A stretch of 64,000 nucleotides of DNA from Eledone cirrhosa (GCA_964016885.1 OZ024742.1:4960001-5024000); one strand, 5' to 3'. Positions 14,103-26,946 are shown, numbered from the stretch's first letter. Numbers and translations: made by a program. Notes: a model not told the origin generated them from the letters alone.

Positions 14103-15620
14103 GGATACTATTTATGTTTATGTATATACTAAAACTTTGTATAGTTATATATATTTTCAACCCTAAACAGTGAAGGTCAGTAATTAATTACTACCTTATT
14201 ACCAGTAAGATAAATAGCTCAATGTAATAACATCAGTTGTTCTACAGAGCAGTTATATAGAATTCACAAGAATCAAAGCTATGTTCAAAGTATTTATTAA
14301 CTTACAATTGTTTCATCCAAACCTAGAGTTGGTGTCTTTGGAGCATTTTTCAATGTTTGTACACATGATTGACCTCCTTTCCAACGCAAGAGACATACAG
14401 ATACATATGTATATATTAATGTACAGTGGAGTGACATATATTATATTATATTACTTCCGTATAGCAATTCAAATTCAAAGTCAAGATCAATATCAAAATT
14501 ACAACAAAATTAAAATTAAAACAAAATTAAAATACATTCGGCAGTTAACATAGATAATGCAAGAGGATAGTTTGTTAGTCAGATGTAGTAGTTATTGTAT
14601 GCGCTAGTTATGTGTGTCTCATTTATATATGATTATTGTGTGGCAGGGTGTTACATGTAATACAAACACTTTACGTGGGTAACTAAGAATATTATGGAGG
14701 TTGCAGTGGTAAGGTATTTTTTGTATATGATAAAAAAGTATGTGCGCATAAAAATAGAAATAGAGAGGAGAAGCAAAAGAGAGTTATGGTTTTCGTATCC
14801 ACCACCATTTTCACATTCAGGAAATGTAATATATAGTTTATACATCCATCACATAATTAACGATGATTCCGTATTGGATGTTTGATGCATTAAATTAAAT
14901 TATTTTAGCTTATTGTCGCTCAGTGTTCTTTTTTCCAATTTTATAGGGTAGGTTGTTTCTGTTGCGAGAATTTACATCGGTTTATTATCCAGAAGTATGT
15001 GTATAATTAAGGGGGGTTAATGCGTAAGGGGAGGTAACTAGCTGCTTTTCATAACTAAATTATTGTTCTAACATTATAAGGTGTCTCAATTGAGTCCCTT
15101 CTATAGACGGTTATATATTTATATCCAGTTTCCAATTTTAAACACAGTCTACTCTATCATGATGTACTAAATGTATTTATATTAGGATGATTATTCCCTA
15201 TCATAGAGTGCTACAACTGGATATTCCATACAAAGAGCCACATCTTTATATCAAAGTTCCCTGCAAATGTAGTCAACTCACAGAACATGTCAGGGGACCT
15301 GTTAGTACTATGTCTACATAACCCCTGGTAAGTTCTGGAGCAGCGTATGGCTGTCTGCATGGCAAATCCAAATACATCTCTATGGCAGACAAAAACATCC
15401 CTCATTTACAATGTCATTAATGTATCCATCAAGTTGTATTTGTATATATAACTCACTTCCCATTCATACACAATTCATTGCACTCAACATATAGGTTATA
15501 CAGATCTCTTATGTTAATAAATTAATCTTATATATATCCAATGTTATCACTCCATACATACAAATACATTTGCATAAGTAATTCATTGTCGAATCTGTTG
15601 TTTAAAGCTTACATAGACGG

Positions 15621-15715
<95 letters not shown>

Positions 15716-15744
15716 AATTCAGCGAGAATCGCATTTCGGCCGGT

Positions 15745-15784
<40 letters not shown>

Positions 15785-16400
15785 GGGATAACATATTATT
15801 GTTATAGGTAGTCCACTTAGATGTAGTCCAGTTAGGGTACTCCGAGTAGTGGATAGTATCAACGCTTGGCTAAGTTTGACTCAACAAGGCGTTTCCATAG
15901 TGATGCTGCGAGTACGCGGTGGTATAGAAGCCATGCCTGTGTATTCCCTTCATTCTCGCAAGCTCTGATGAATTGACTGGTTATAACTATGTATTAGTGA
16001 TCGATTGACGCAGAAACAGGCGGGTAACAATCTCTAGACCCCTACCAGTTCAGAGAAACAATGGTCACCAATGTGATTAAAGCCCTTATTGCATAGCAAA
16101 CCGTGTCACTATTCTTTCTTGATTTAAATATATATATATATATACTATTAATAATGAGTTCAAAACTCAGGCAGTCGTTTACAATGAAATAGCTCAAACA
16201 AAGAAGTATTTCTGAGCCGTGTAATACCAGTTAATATAAATTAATATATTTGATAAAAACAAATACCAACATATCCGTGTTTGTATTGTAAATGACTAAG
16301 TTAGCTAGATTGAAAAATACTAATTATAATAATACAGTTTGCCTGTCTCGATTTAAAATAATAAATCAATAAAAACAAAGCATATTGGCAAATGGCCTTG

Positions 16401-16528
16401 GTGCTTGGACAAATTTAAATTTCAAAATCAAACCTGTTCCGTAGACAGGTTTAAACCTTAAAATGCAAATAAGTTTCGAAAAGTGAAAAAGTGAAAAAAT
16501 ACCGCATTTAGATCTCCTCAGCAAGCAC
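16401..16528 (-). ncRNA. Type I HHR, unit 1
   Basis: GUGCUUG-CUGAGGA-GA[33-nt loop]UC-GAAAC-[long stem III]-GUC-CAAGCAC. Confidence 0.7.
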
Positions 16529-16949
16529 TAGAAAAATTGGTATGTTTCACTTCAAAATATTTTAAAAGACTGTTTAACGCACATGGTTTTTCACACATGG
16601 TTATCCAGTGTCTAGCTGCCGCATACTCGTGCTGCTAGAAATAACAGCCGTTTATATGGGGCTAAAGTTAGCTGAACATAAGGAGCAGTGATACTATTAA
16701 TAATGAGTTTAAAACTCAGGCAGTCCTTTACAATGAAATATCTCGAAGAAAGAAGTATTTCTGAGCCGTGTAATACAAGTTAATATAAATTAATATATTT
16801 GATAAACACGAATACCAACATATCCGTGTTTGTATTGTAAATGACTAAGTTAGCTAGATTGAAAAATACTAATTATAATAATACAGTTTGCCTGTCTCGA
16901 TTTAAAATAATAAATCAATAAAAACAAAGCATATTGGCAAATGGCCTTG

Positions 16950-17077
16950 GTGCTTGGACAAATTTAAATTTCAAAATCAAACCTGTTCCGTAGACAGGTT
17001 TAAACTTTAAAATCCAAATAAGTTTCGAAAAGTGAAAAAGTGAAAAAATACCGCATTTAGATCTCCTCAGCAAGCAC
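16950..17077 (-). ncRNA. Type I HHR, unit 2
   Basis: Same as unit 1, with one G.U to A-U change in stem III that preserves pairing. Confidence 0.7.
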
Positions 17078-17498
17078 TAGAAAAATTGGTATATTTCACT
17101 TCAAAATATTTTAAAAGACTGTTTAAAGCACATGGTTTTTCACACATGGTTATCCAGTGTCTAGCTGCCGCATACTCGTGCTGCTAGAAATAACAGCCGT
17201 TTATATGGGGCTAAAGTTAGCTGAACATAAGGAGCAGTAATACTATTAATAATGAGTTCAAAACTCAGGCAGTCCTTTACAATGAAATAGCTCGAAGAAA
17301 GAAGTATTTCTGAGCCGTGTAATACAAGTTAATATAAATTAATATATTTGATAAACACAAATACCAACATATCCGTGTTTGTATTGTAAATGACTAAGTT
17401 AGCTAGATTGAAAAATACTAATTATAATAATACAGTTTGCCTGTCTCGATTTAAAATAATAAATCAATAAAAACAAAGCATATTGGCAAATGGCCTTG

Positions 17499-17626
17499 GT
17501 GCTTGGACAAATTTAAATTTCAAAATCAAACCTGTTCCGTAGACAGGTTTAAACCTTAAAATCCAAATAAGTTTCGAAAAGTGAAAAAGTGAAAAAATAC
17601 CGCATTTAGATCTCCTCAGCAAGCAC
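17499..17626 (-). ncRNA. Type I HHR, unit 3
   Basis: Intact core and fully paired stem III. Confidence 0.7.
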
Positions 17627-18047
17627 TAGAAAAATTGGTATGTTTCACTTCAAAATATTTTAAAAGACTGTTTAACGCACATGGTTTTTCACCCATGGTT
17701 ATCCAGTGTCTAGCTGCCGCATACTCGTGCTGCTAGAAATAACAGCCGTTTATATGGGGCTAAAGTTAGCTGAACATAAGGAGCAGTGATACTATTAATA
17801 ATGAGTTTAAAACTCAGGCAGTCCTTTACAATGAAATATCTCGAAGAAAGAAGTATTTCTGAGCTGTGTAATACAAGTTAATATAAATTAATATATTTGA
17901 TAAACACAAATACCAACATATCCGTGTTTGTATTGTAAATGACTAAGTTAGCTAGATTGAAAAATACTAATTATAATAATACAGTTTGCCTGTCTCGATT
18001 TAAAATAATAAATCAATAAAAACAAAGCATATTGGCAAATGGCCTTG

Positions 18048-18175
18048 GTGCTTGGACAAATTTAAATTTCAAAATCAAACCTGTTCCGTAGACAGGTTTA
18101 AACCTTAAAATCCAAATAAGTTTCGAAAAGTGAAAAAGTGAAAAAATACCGCATTTAGATCTGCTCAGCAAGCAC
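18048..18175 (-). ncRNA. Type I HHR, unit 4, with core mutation G8C
   Basis: Core reads CUGAGCA (substitution at 18163), predicted inactive. Confidence 0.6.
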
Positions 18176-18666
18176 TAGAAAAATTGGTATGTTTCACTTC
18201 AAAATATTTTAAAAGACTGTTTAACACACATGGTTTTTCACACATGGTTATCCAGTGTCTACCTGCCGCATACTCGTGCTGCTAGAAATAACAGCCGTTT
18301 ATATGGGGCTAAAGTTAGCTGAACATAAGGAGCAGTGATACTATTAATAATTGGATCTACTTTAGGCACAAGGCCAGTAATTACCCAGTACATTAGTGGT
18401 ACTTTATTTTATCGACCCCGTAAGGATGAAAGGCAAAGTCAACCTAGTACGTCTGTATACATATATGTATGTACGTATACATACATACATACTTACATTT
18501 AAGTAAGTGCCGTACTAAGAGTGAGAAATGAAATTTCGTTTCATTCTATTCCATTTATCGTTTTCGGTGTGCCCGGTCGACTGAACTCACTCGATATGCA
18601 AATTAGGCTGCTCAGCCGTTAATATGCGTAAGGAAAGTATATACTTTCAAGCGTTCAACCATCTGG

Positions 18667-18725
18667 CAGGAAGGTATACGATGCTGACGATAGCTAATAA
18701 GCTTGAAACTAGTACATCGTTCCTG
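18667..18725 (+). ncRNA. Minimal type I HHR
   Basis: ACGAUG-CUGACGA-uAGCUaauaAGCUu-GAAAC-UA-GUA-CAUCGU, distal CAGGAA/UUCCUG, palindromic ACUAGU. Confidence 0.8.
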
Positions 18726-18913
18726 TGTCAGTGTTGAACAAAAAGGTGACGTGGTTGCCTAAACACTGTAATTCGGGCTGTTTGTTTGTTTACAAACAAA
18801 CAAACCGAGCATTGTAATAAATGTTCGGTAAACCGATACGTGCATATATATGTGTGCATATATGTATATATATACATACTACTCTACGTCTGTATACATA
18901 TATGTATGTACGT

Positions 18914-18986
<73 letters not shown>

Positions 18987-19051
18987 CAAAGAGATATTTA
19001 TTATAACTGTGAAGGTCTGATGCCTGGGTAGTCACTATTTATAAAATTCTG

Positions 19052-19112
19052 TATTTTATCTGATGAGGGCGTACCAAAGTTTTGGTACCCTTGAAATATA
19101 TATAATAGAATA
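19052..19112 (+). ncRNA. Minimal HHR of PLE ends; family copies at 24435-24495(+), 25713-25774(-), 35158-35223(-), 38071-38136(+), 46169-46230(-), 46367-46428(+, mutated)
   Basis: UAUUUUAU-CUGAUGA-GGGcGUACC..GGUACCCUu-GAAA-UAUAUAUA-AUAGAAUA. Stem II sequence varies between copies but pairing is kept. Confidence 0.8.
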
Positions 19113-19154
19113 AATATGGTTTTATAAATATAGTTTCCCTTTATTAATATCATT

Positions 19155-19284
<130 letters not shown>

Positions 19285-19488
19285 ATAGGAACCAGTAAGA
19301 CCCCGACAGCTGAGCTCAAGCCGTTTCAACGGCTAATTCTCTGGACTTCGTCCAGAATTAGCCGTCGAAACGGCTTGAGCTCAGCTGTCGGGGTCTTACT
19401 GGTTCCTATTACCCACTCTACTACCTCAAGTATTGAGTACTTTGGTGCGTTATGGTCCACCTGGTTCCTTACCACATTTCCTTCGTTA

Positions 19489-19545
<57 letters not shown>

Positions 19546-19960
19546 ATAAGTTTGGTACAAATATCCAAGGGTAAGAGCACTCAGTCCATAGGACGAGTTA
19601 AGTATGATTAGTTACAACAGTGACATATACAGGTACTTAAGTTTCGTTGGGTTATGCACCCCAACTAATTCAGCCTGTTATACTACGGTGGATATCTTAT
19701 ATATATGTGTGTGTGTATGTGTGTGTGTGCGTGTGTGCGTGTGTGTGTGTGTATATATGTGTGTGTGCGTGTGTGTGGGGGGGGGGGTGACCCTGTAGCT
19801 TGTTTAGAAACCACAACAAAATCTTATACGATGAATCCTACTACAAAAGCAATAACTCACAACTCCTGATCTTGGAATTATTTATTCAAGACTACATGGA
19901 AATCTAACAAGGTTATTGGCCATACCATAAACAAGTAGATACCAGTGTGTGTGTGTTTCG

Positions 19961-20077
<117 letters not shown>

Positions 20078-20319
20078 TATATATATAACAAAGAGGGTGT
20101 GGTATGATACCAGGTGGACCATAACGCACCAGAGCACCCGATACTTGAGGTAGTAGAGTGGGTAATATGAAAAGAATGAGGGTCCCGACGACTGAGCTCT
20201 GGCTGTTCGGATCTAGCTGTCGAAACGGCCGGAGCTCAGCCGTCGGGGTGCTGATTCTTTTCATATTACCCACTCAACTACCTCAAGTATCGGGTGCTCT
20301 GGTGCGTTATGGTCCACCT

Positions 20320-20397
<78 letters not shown>

Positions 20398-20611
20398 TAA
20401 CGAAGAAAATCTGGTAAGGAACCAGGTGGACCATAACGCACCAAAGTACTCACTACTTAGGGTAGTAGAGTGGGTAATAGGAATGAGTAGGACCCCGACG
20501 TCTGAGCTCAAGCCGTTTCGACGGATAATTCTGGACTGAATTCTGGCTAATTCAGTCCAGAATTAGCCGTCGAAACGGCTTGAGCTCAGCCGTCGGGGTC
20601 CTACTCGTTCC

Positions 20612-20646
<35 letters not shown>

Positions 20647-20691
20647 TCTTTCTTCTCATGTTTTATATATATATATATAGAGAGAGAGAGA

Positions 20692-21878
20692 GTGGGTAAA
20701 TTTCCCGAGATCCATGGACGAGTTCTCTCCAGCGGTCTCTGTCCCTCATCATTGCTGCCATGTTCTGCGTCTCCAACAGACCAGTGTCTGTCCTTAAGGC
20801 ATCAGCATACGTTAACCTTGGTCTTCCTCTTCCAGTGTGTCCATGTAGGGGCTCTCACAGGAGCAATGACAGCAGTGTCAACTCTGGATGTCGGTGAGCA
20901 TGTCCAGCTAACCTCAGTCTCCTCTGTGTCACTTTTGAACTGACTTTTGAGAGGCTCCCATACAGCTCTGAGTTTTTCATCCTCAGTGTATACTGATTAA
21001 TGTTCAGAGCCATCCTCAGCATTCTCGTGTAGCACCCATCCACCTTGTGTGTGAGTTTCTTGGTCAATGTCCAAGTCTCAGACACGTACAGCAGCACAGA
21101 CTCCACTACTGCAATGAAGAGGCGGATCTTCAGATCTTCACGAAGTTCCGACTTCTACACCGATCTCAAACTGTGGCACGCCGCCCAGGCTTTGCTCTTC
21201 CTCTCGACCTGATCATCTTCCATATTCCTAATCTTTGCTCCCAAATACAGGAAGTCCTCAACTAATCCCCTCTGGCTTCTCAACATTCTCTACCAGACAT
21301 TTTGTCTTAGTCTCATTCATTCTCAGCCCCACACTCATCGACACAGTCTCAACTTCCTGCATCAAATCCTCTGCCTCCTTCACTGTATTTGTCACCAAAA
21401 CTATGTCGTCGGTAAATTCAGCATCCGATATCTTTTTCGCCTTAACTCTCCTGCTCTGAGTTGGTGTTACAGTAAAGCCAGAGTCCTGGTGTTTCTCCAG
21501 TGCAAGTTGCATACAATAGCCCACTACGATGATAAAAAGTTAGGAAGCCAATGTATCAACAGAATGATTCTTAACAGGATCCACACCGAGATGGAAAAGA
21601 AGCTCAGGGACAACCACAACGGCTTCAGAGAGGGAAGATCAACCACCAGTCATATCCTGATGCTGAGGGGGATATTAGAGAGATCTAGAGCAAAGTGCCC
21701 TCCTGCGGTCATGGTTTTCATTGACTTTAGGAAGCCCTTTAATTCTATGGACCGTCACTGCCTGATGAAGATCTTACAGGCTTATGGAATCCCCAAGAAG
21801 ATAGTGGACCTGATATCACTGCTCTACACCAACACCAAAGCCTATGTCATTACACCTGATGGGATGACAGAGTTCTTT

Positions 21879-21882
<4 letters not shown>
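20692..21882 (-). mobile_element. Degenerate RTE/RTE-X-like LINE fragment with 5' inversion
   Basis: Minus strand 20692-21520 gives EFTDDIVL (degenerate YADD) and SVLLY.SETWTLTK..DGCYTRMLR. Plus strand 21540-21882 gives the upstream RT part (NGFREGRST, VFIDFRKPF). Confidence 0.8.
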
Positions 21883-21958
<76 letters not shown>

Positions 21959-22124
21959 GATGTACGAATAAAACCGACTCTCTTATTTATTATATATATA
22001 TATGTGTGTGGGTATGGGTGTGTATGTATGTAAAAGATAAACAGAAATAACAACACAATCAGTACAGTATATGGAAATGATATATTAGTTTAACACTTGA
22101 ATAAAGAATAAAGCAGGAAAAGTG

Positions 22125-22160
22125 TCTTAACGTTTTGGTCGCTAGTCCTTCATCAGAAGA
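22125..22160 (-). ncRNA. Degenerate minimal HHR (G12A)
   Basis: UCUU-CUGAUGA-aGG..CC-AAAAC-GUU-AAGA. Confidence 0.45.
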
Positions 22161-22597
22161 AAGAATGAGAAAATTGAAAGATTGAAGTGGCGGAATCGGA
22201 AAAAATACTTTCATAGAAAAATAACAGATCCATTCATGTTTGTTGCCATCTCTTGGAAATCTGTTGATGCTGGGGTCTCGTGTATGATATCCTTTTTTTT
22301 TAGAAAAGTAGATAATAGTGCGCGTCTATCTGAAATGGAAAAAAACGTTTTTTATCTAGAGCTATACTTATGCGCATGCGTACGAGCGCGCGCGCATGTG
22401 TATGGTATTATACGTCGGTACAGAGCTAAGTGTATATGTGTATGTATAAGTAAGTAAAAGATGTGGCTTGATATACCATGCTAGCCACATAGGACACTGG
22501 AATCGTCAAAATGAATAAATTAAGGTAAAAAAAACAACCGCTGTTTCTTACGATTTAATTATTTTCCGTCCAAACCCGCATTGTCGTGGCTTTCAAA

Positions 22598-22669
<72 letters not shown>

Positions 22670-22739
22670 CAAAGGGATATTTAATTTGTTGGTAATTCAA
22701 CAAATATATATATTTATAACTGATTCGAAGCACTCGGCA

Positions 22740-24536
22740 GGTTTTCAATGATGTAGAATTGAATCAAACTGCCCTTTACAAAACAATTGCTTAAACAAAA
22801 ACTTAATTCATAAATGCACAGTAAAAACTAGAGACAAAATATTTAACTAAATAGGTGCCACTTCTACAAAATTCAAAGAACGCTGGTACAACCACAAACA
22901 TACATTTAATAGGTCCGATAAAAAATCTTCCACTTCAGTTTCACACCTAATTTGGAATTTAAAGGATAACAATATAGACTATTCAATATCTTGGGGAACG
23001 ATTTCGAAAGCACCTGCATACTGAAATATGGATTTCTCAAGAATCTGTCATTTGTGTATCGAGGAAATTTTTTATATAATTAACTGTCAAAATTCTATTA
23101 ATTTAAAAAGCGAAATATTTAATTCTTACAGACATCGCCAAAAATCCACTTTCCGAAATATTTTTAATCTATAATATTCATTACACTTGACTACATCTTA
23201 TACACCTTTAATTTGTATAAGATGTAGTCACCTGTTATTTACTGAGGTTTTTTTTTTTAATTAAATATTTTTTAAATGATCTTCATTCTTGAATTTAGTA
23301 TTCTTACCAATTGATATTCTTTTCTTAATGATACTCTTCTTAATCTATTTTTTAGATTTATATATATATTTTAGATTGATACTTTTTAATTGACATTCTG
23401 AAAGATATCCTCTTTACGATAGTTCTTCTAAATGCACTCTCCATTTATCTAATAATACATTTTCCCCCTCTTTAATCTTCAAACGTTTCACACATCTTTC
23501 GACGTAGATAATATATAATTGAAATTCTCATCTTTGAAAACATGTAATATAAAATACCTTATAATCTCACACAAAATAATATATAATTTTCTCTACATAC
23601 TTGCCGCATTTTCATCAAATTTAATAGTTTAACAAATAATATTGGAGTTATCTTTTCTTTTACAATTGAGCAAACATAGATATCATAACTTGCATGATAA
23701 ATTATATAATTTCGCTAAATTAATAATGTTCTGAAAATATTTACAATGTTGGATGAAAATATTTGAATCTACAAATTGTTCTTCTCTTATAATTTTAACT
23801 ACATCTTTTTCTTAAATATATATGTAAAATGTAAAATCAACATCCTTTGTAATTCATATTAGAAATGTAAACAATTAATACGTGTGTTTTATATCTATAA
23901 AATCACTAATAATACTTATATTTATACACTTATTAATCTATATAGATATATATATACTTACAACCTGTTGCAATATAATAAGATAAAATGTACTTACAAC
24001 CATAATTCTTCATATTGATTATATATATAATATTATATATATAATCAATATGATTATATATATGATATTATAACTCATAATTTAGCTAAATACTTTTTAA
24101 ATTCTGGAATCATATTCCACCATTCCAACAAACTGTTAATTCTTAACATTTCAATCTTTTTAAATTCACGTAAATACAAGCTTTTCTTTCTTTCTCTTTC
24201 TTCTTTCTACACACATATATATATATATATCCGAATAATTATTTAAATATACCTAGCGTCTAAAAATAATGTTTTTTTCAGCCCTATACCTCAACCTAAT
24301 TTGCATATTCATCTTAATAATTTGAAATATTTGATTTTTCCTCTCTTTCCCCTTTTTCCTTTTACTATCCAGGAAAAACTTGAACAGTTATGATCTCGTT
24401 CCTGGATATGTCAATATTTATAAAACAAACTTTGTATTTTATCTGATGAGGGCGTACCAAAGTTTTGGTACCCTTGAAATATATATAATAGAATAAATAT
24501 GGTTTTATAAATATAGTTTCCATTTATTAATATCAT

Positions 24537-24538
<2 letters not shown>
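22740..24538 (+). mobile_element. Degenerate 5'-truncated PLE (GIY-YIG remnant ~22750-23170)
   Basis: CPLQNNCLNKN..KC...*IGATSTKFKERWYNHKHTF...CHLCIEE, with stops. 3' HHR at 24435, then (TA)n. Confidence 0.75.
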
Positions 24539-24614
<76 letters not shown>

Positions 24615-24776
24615 GTGAGGGTTTTTTTACAAAATGAAAAATAACCGAGGTGTCCTACACGAGTGAAAGTATAAAGAAAAAAGATCAAATCGAAAATCCA
24701 ACTGGAGTCTTATTTTTAAAAATATATATATTTTTTTTAAAAATAAGACCCCAGTTGCATTTTCGATTTCATCTTT

Positions 24777-24989
<213 letters not shown>

Positions 24990-25071
24990 GTTATTCCGGG
25001 TTGAATCGGAGGTAACCACAGTAAGTAAGGTACTCAATACATAGCAGAGTATAAAAGTTTTAATATCGATG

Positions 25072-25122
25072 AGATTCTACAGGACTAGAACTGTTTCATT
25101 CTTTAGAAATCATCAGGAATCT
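25072..25122 (-). ncRNA. Type I HHR (truncated relative near 8916-8955)
   Basis: AGAUUC-CUGAUGA-uUUCuaaaGAAu-GAAACAG-loop-CUGUA-GAAUCU. Confidence 0.75.
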
Positions 25123-25613
25123 GGGTATCAAAAAATAAATATGGTATTTATAGGTCTCTTCATGTGGTAGGAGAGGGTGGGGAGTGGGTGGGTAGAGGTC
25201 ATTAGTTGATAGAAAAAGGAATTCATTAAAAGCTAATTCTTTAAAGCTATAATTTATATTTAGAGTAACACAGGTAGAAAGAATTCTATAAACAAGTTCA
25301 GAATGGAGTGCCACTCCTTATTTTTAAGTTTCTCTTAAGCTAACAATGCCTATATTTCAGGTGTCTATAAGATTGAGGGGCGTCGGTCATGGTTGATGGA
25401 TTTAAAGAAAAGGAAAATTCTTTAAAAGCTAATTCTTTAAAGTTCTGCTTAGAGTGCCAAAGGCCTAGAGAATTCTATAGACCAGTTCAAAATATTGAGT
25501 GCCTATCATATCATTATCTTCAAGTTTCTTTTAAGCTATATTCCAGGTGTCGACAGACTCATTTAAAAACACACACACGCGCGCGCGCGCGCGCGCGTGC
25601 ACCCACATACATG

Positions 25614-25660
<47 letters not shown>

Positions 25661-25963
25661 GCGTGTGTGTGTGATATTAAATAAATGGAAACTATATTTC
25701 TAAAACCATATTTATTCTATTATATATATTTCAAGAGTACCAAAAACTTTGGTACGCTTTCATCAGATAAAATACAAAGTGTGTTTTATAAATTTTGACA
25801 TAGCCAAGGAACATACCTTTTCAGTTGAATTTTCCTTGGATACTCCAGAAATCTGTCGAGTACTCTAAATCAGTTATAAACATTTATATTTGTTGAATTA
25901 CCGATAAATTAAATATCCCTTCTGCTTATATATATATATATATATATAAAACATGAGAAGAAA

Positions 25964-26037
<74 letters not shown>

Positions 26038-26041
<4 letters not shown>

Positions 26042-26451
26042 GTTAGAATATGTGTAATAAGGCCAAGACAATGCAGGTATGGACATAGAAAAAAGAATGC
26101 AATAGTGAGAGATATTGATGTGAATTCGTCTTTCACCTTGAATTTATTTAAATGTCCTTAATTTTCGAGATAATATCTCTTTTTCGGAGGGAAGTAAAGG
26201 TCTCAGACCAGCGTCTTTAAATTTCTAATGAAGCCATGCTGACCGGTCAGCATGGCTTCATTAGAAATTTAAAGACGCTGGTCTGAGACCTTTACTTCCC
26301 TCCGAAGAAGAGATATTATCTCGAAAATTAAGGACATTTAAATAAATTCAAGGTGAAAGACGAATTCACATCAATATCTCTCACTATTGCATTCTTTTTT
26401 CTATGTCCATACCTGCATTGTCTTGGCATTATTACACATATTCTAACGTTT
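26038..26451. repeat. Near-perfect 414-bp palindrome with no spacer
   Basis: Centre GCTGACCGGTCAGC at ~26244. The arms differ at only a couple of positions. Confidence 0.9.
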
Positions 26452-26496
26452 ATACCTCATTACACAATGCTTCAAGTGAACTATAACCTCCTCCTC

Positions 26497-26537
<41 letters not shown>

Positions 26538-26946
26538 TTAAGACAGGGGGGAAGAAAAAAATGGCTTCACTTGTGCTTTCAACAAATTTATTTTCTTCAC
26601 AAAATCCAAAAAGAATTTTTTTCCGGATTAGAAAAAAAATTTTTTTAAAAGAAATTTTTTTATATAAATTAAGTTGTTGGTTGTTGGTTAGGTCACATAC
26701 ACATCAGTTTGACAAGCGCACCTCAGCGTGAAAGGTCTTTCTAAAAACGAAACAATACCTCCTACGTTAACCAAGAACTCCTAAGACCTAACCAACAACC
26801 AACAACTTAATTTATATTAAAAAATTTCTTTAAAAAAAATTTTATCTAATCCGGAAAAAAATTCTTTTGGGATTTTGTGAAGAAAATAAATTTGTTGAAA
26901 GCACAAGTGAAGCCATTTTTTCTCCCCCCCCCCCCACGTCTTAATA
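26538..26946. repeat. Inverted repeat with ~150-bp arms
   Basis: 26538-26690 is the reverse complement of 26786-26946. Confidence 0.8.

Larger units (their letters stand above)
16142..18351 (-). repeat. Tandem array of four 549-bp non-coding units plus 14 bp; candidate HHR retrozyme multimer
   Basis: ATACTATTAATAAT recurs at 16142, 16691, 17240, 17789 and 18338. Units are nearly identical, no ORF of 60 aa or more is present, and each unit has one HHR. Confidence 0.9.

Noticed and set aside
15960-16056. CTGATGA...GAAAC motif, and possible GIY-YIG remnant at 15200-15420
   Set aside because: Stem I is not convincing and the protein similarity is too weak to support.
16142-18351. CRISPR array, coding repeat, or second ribozyme on the plus strand
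   Set aside because: No repeat-spacer pattern, no ORF, and no plus-strand ribozyme core I could fit.
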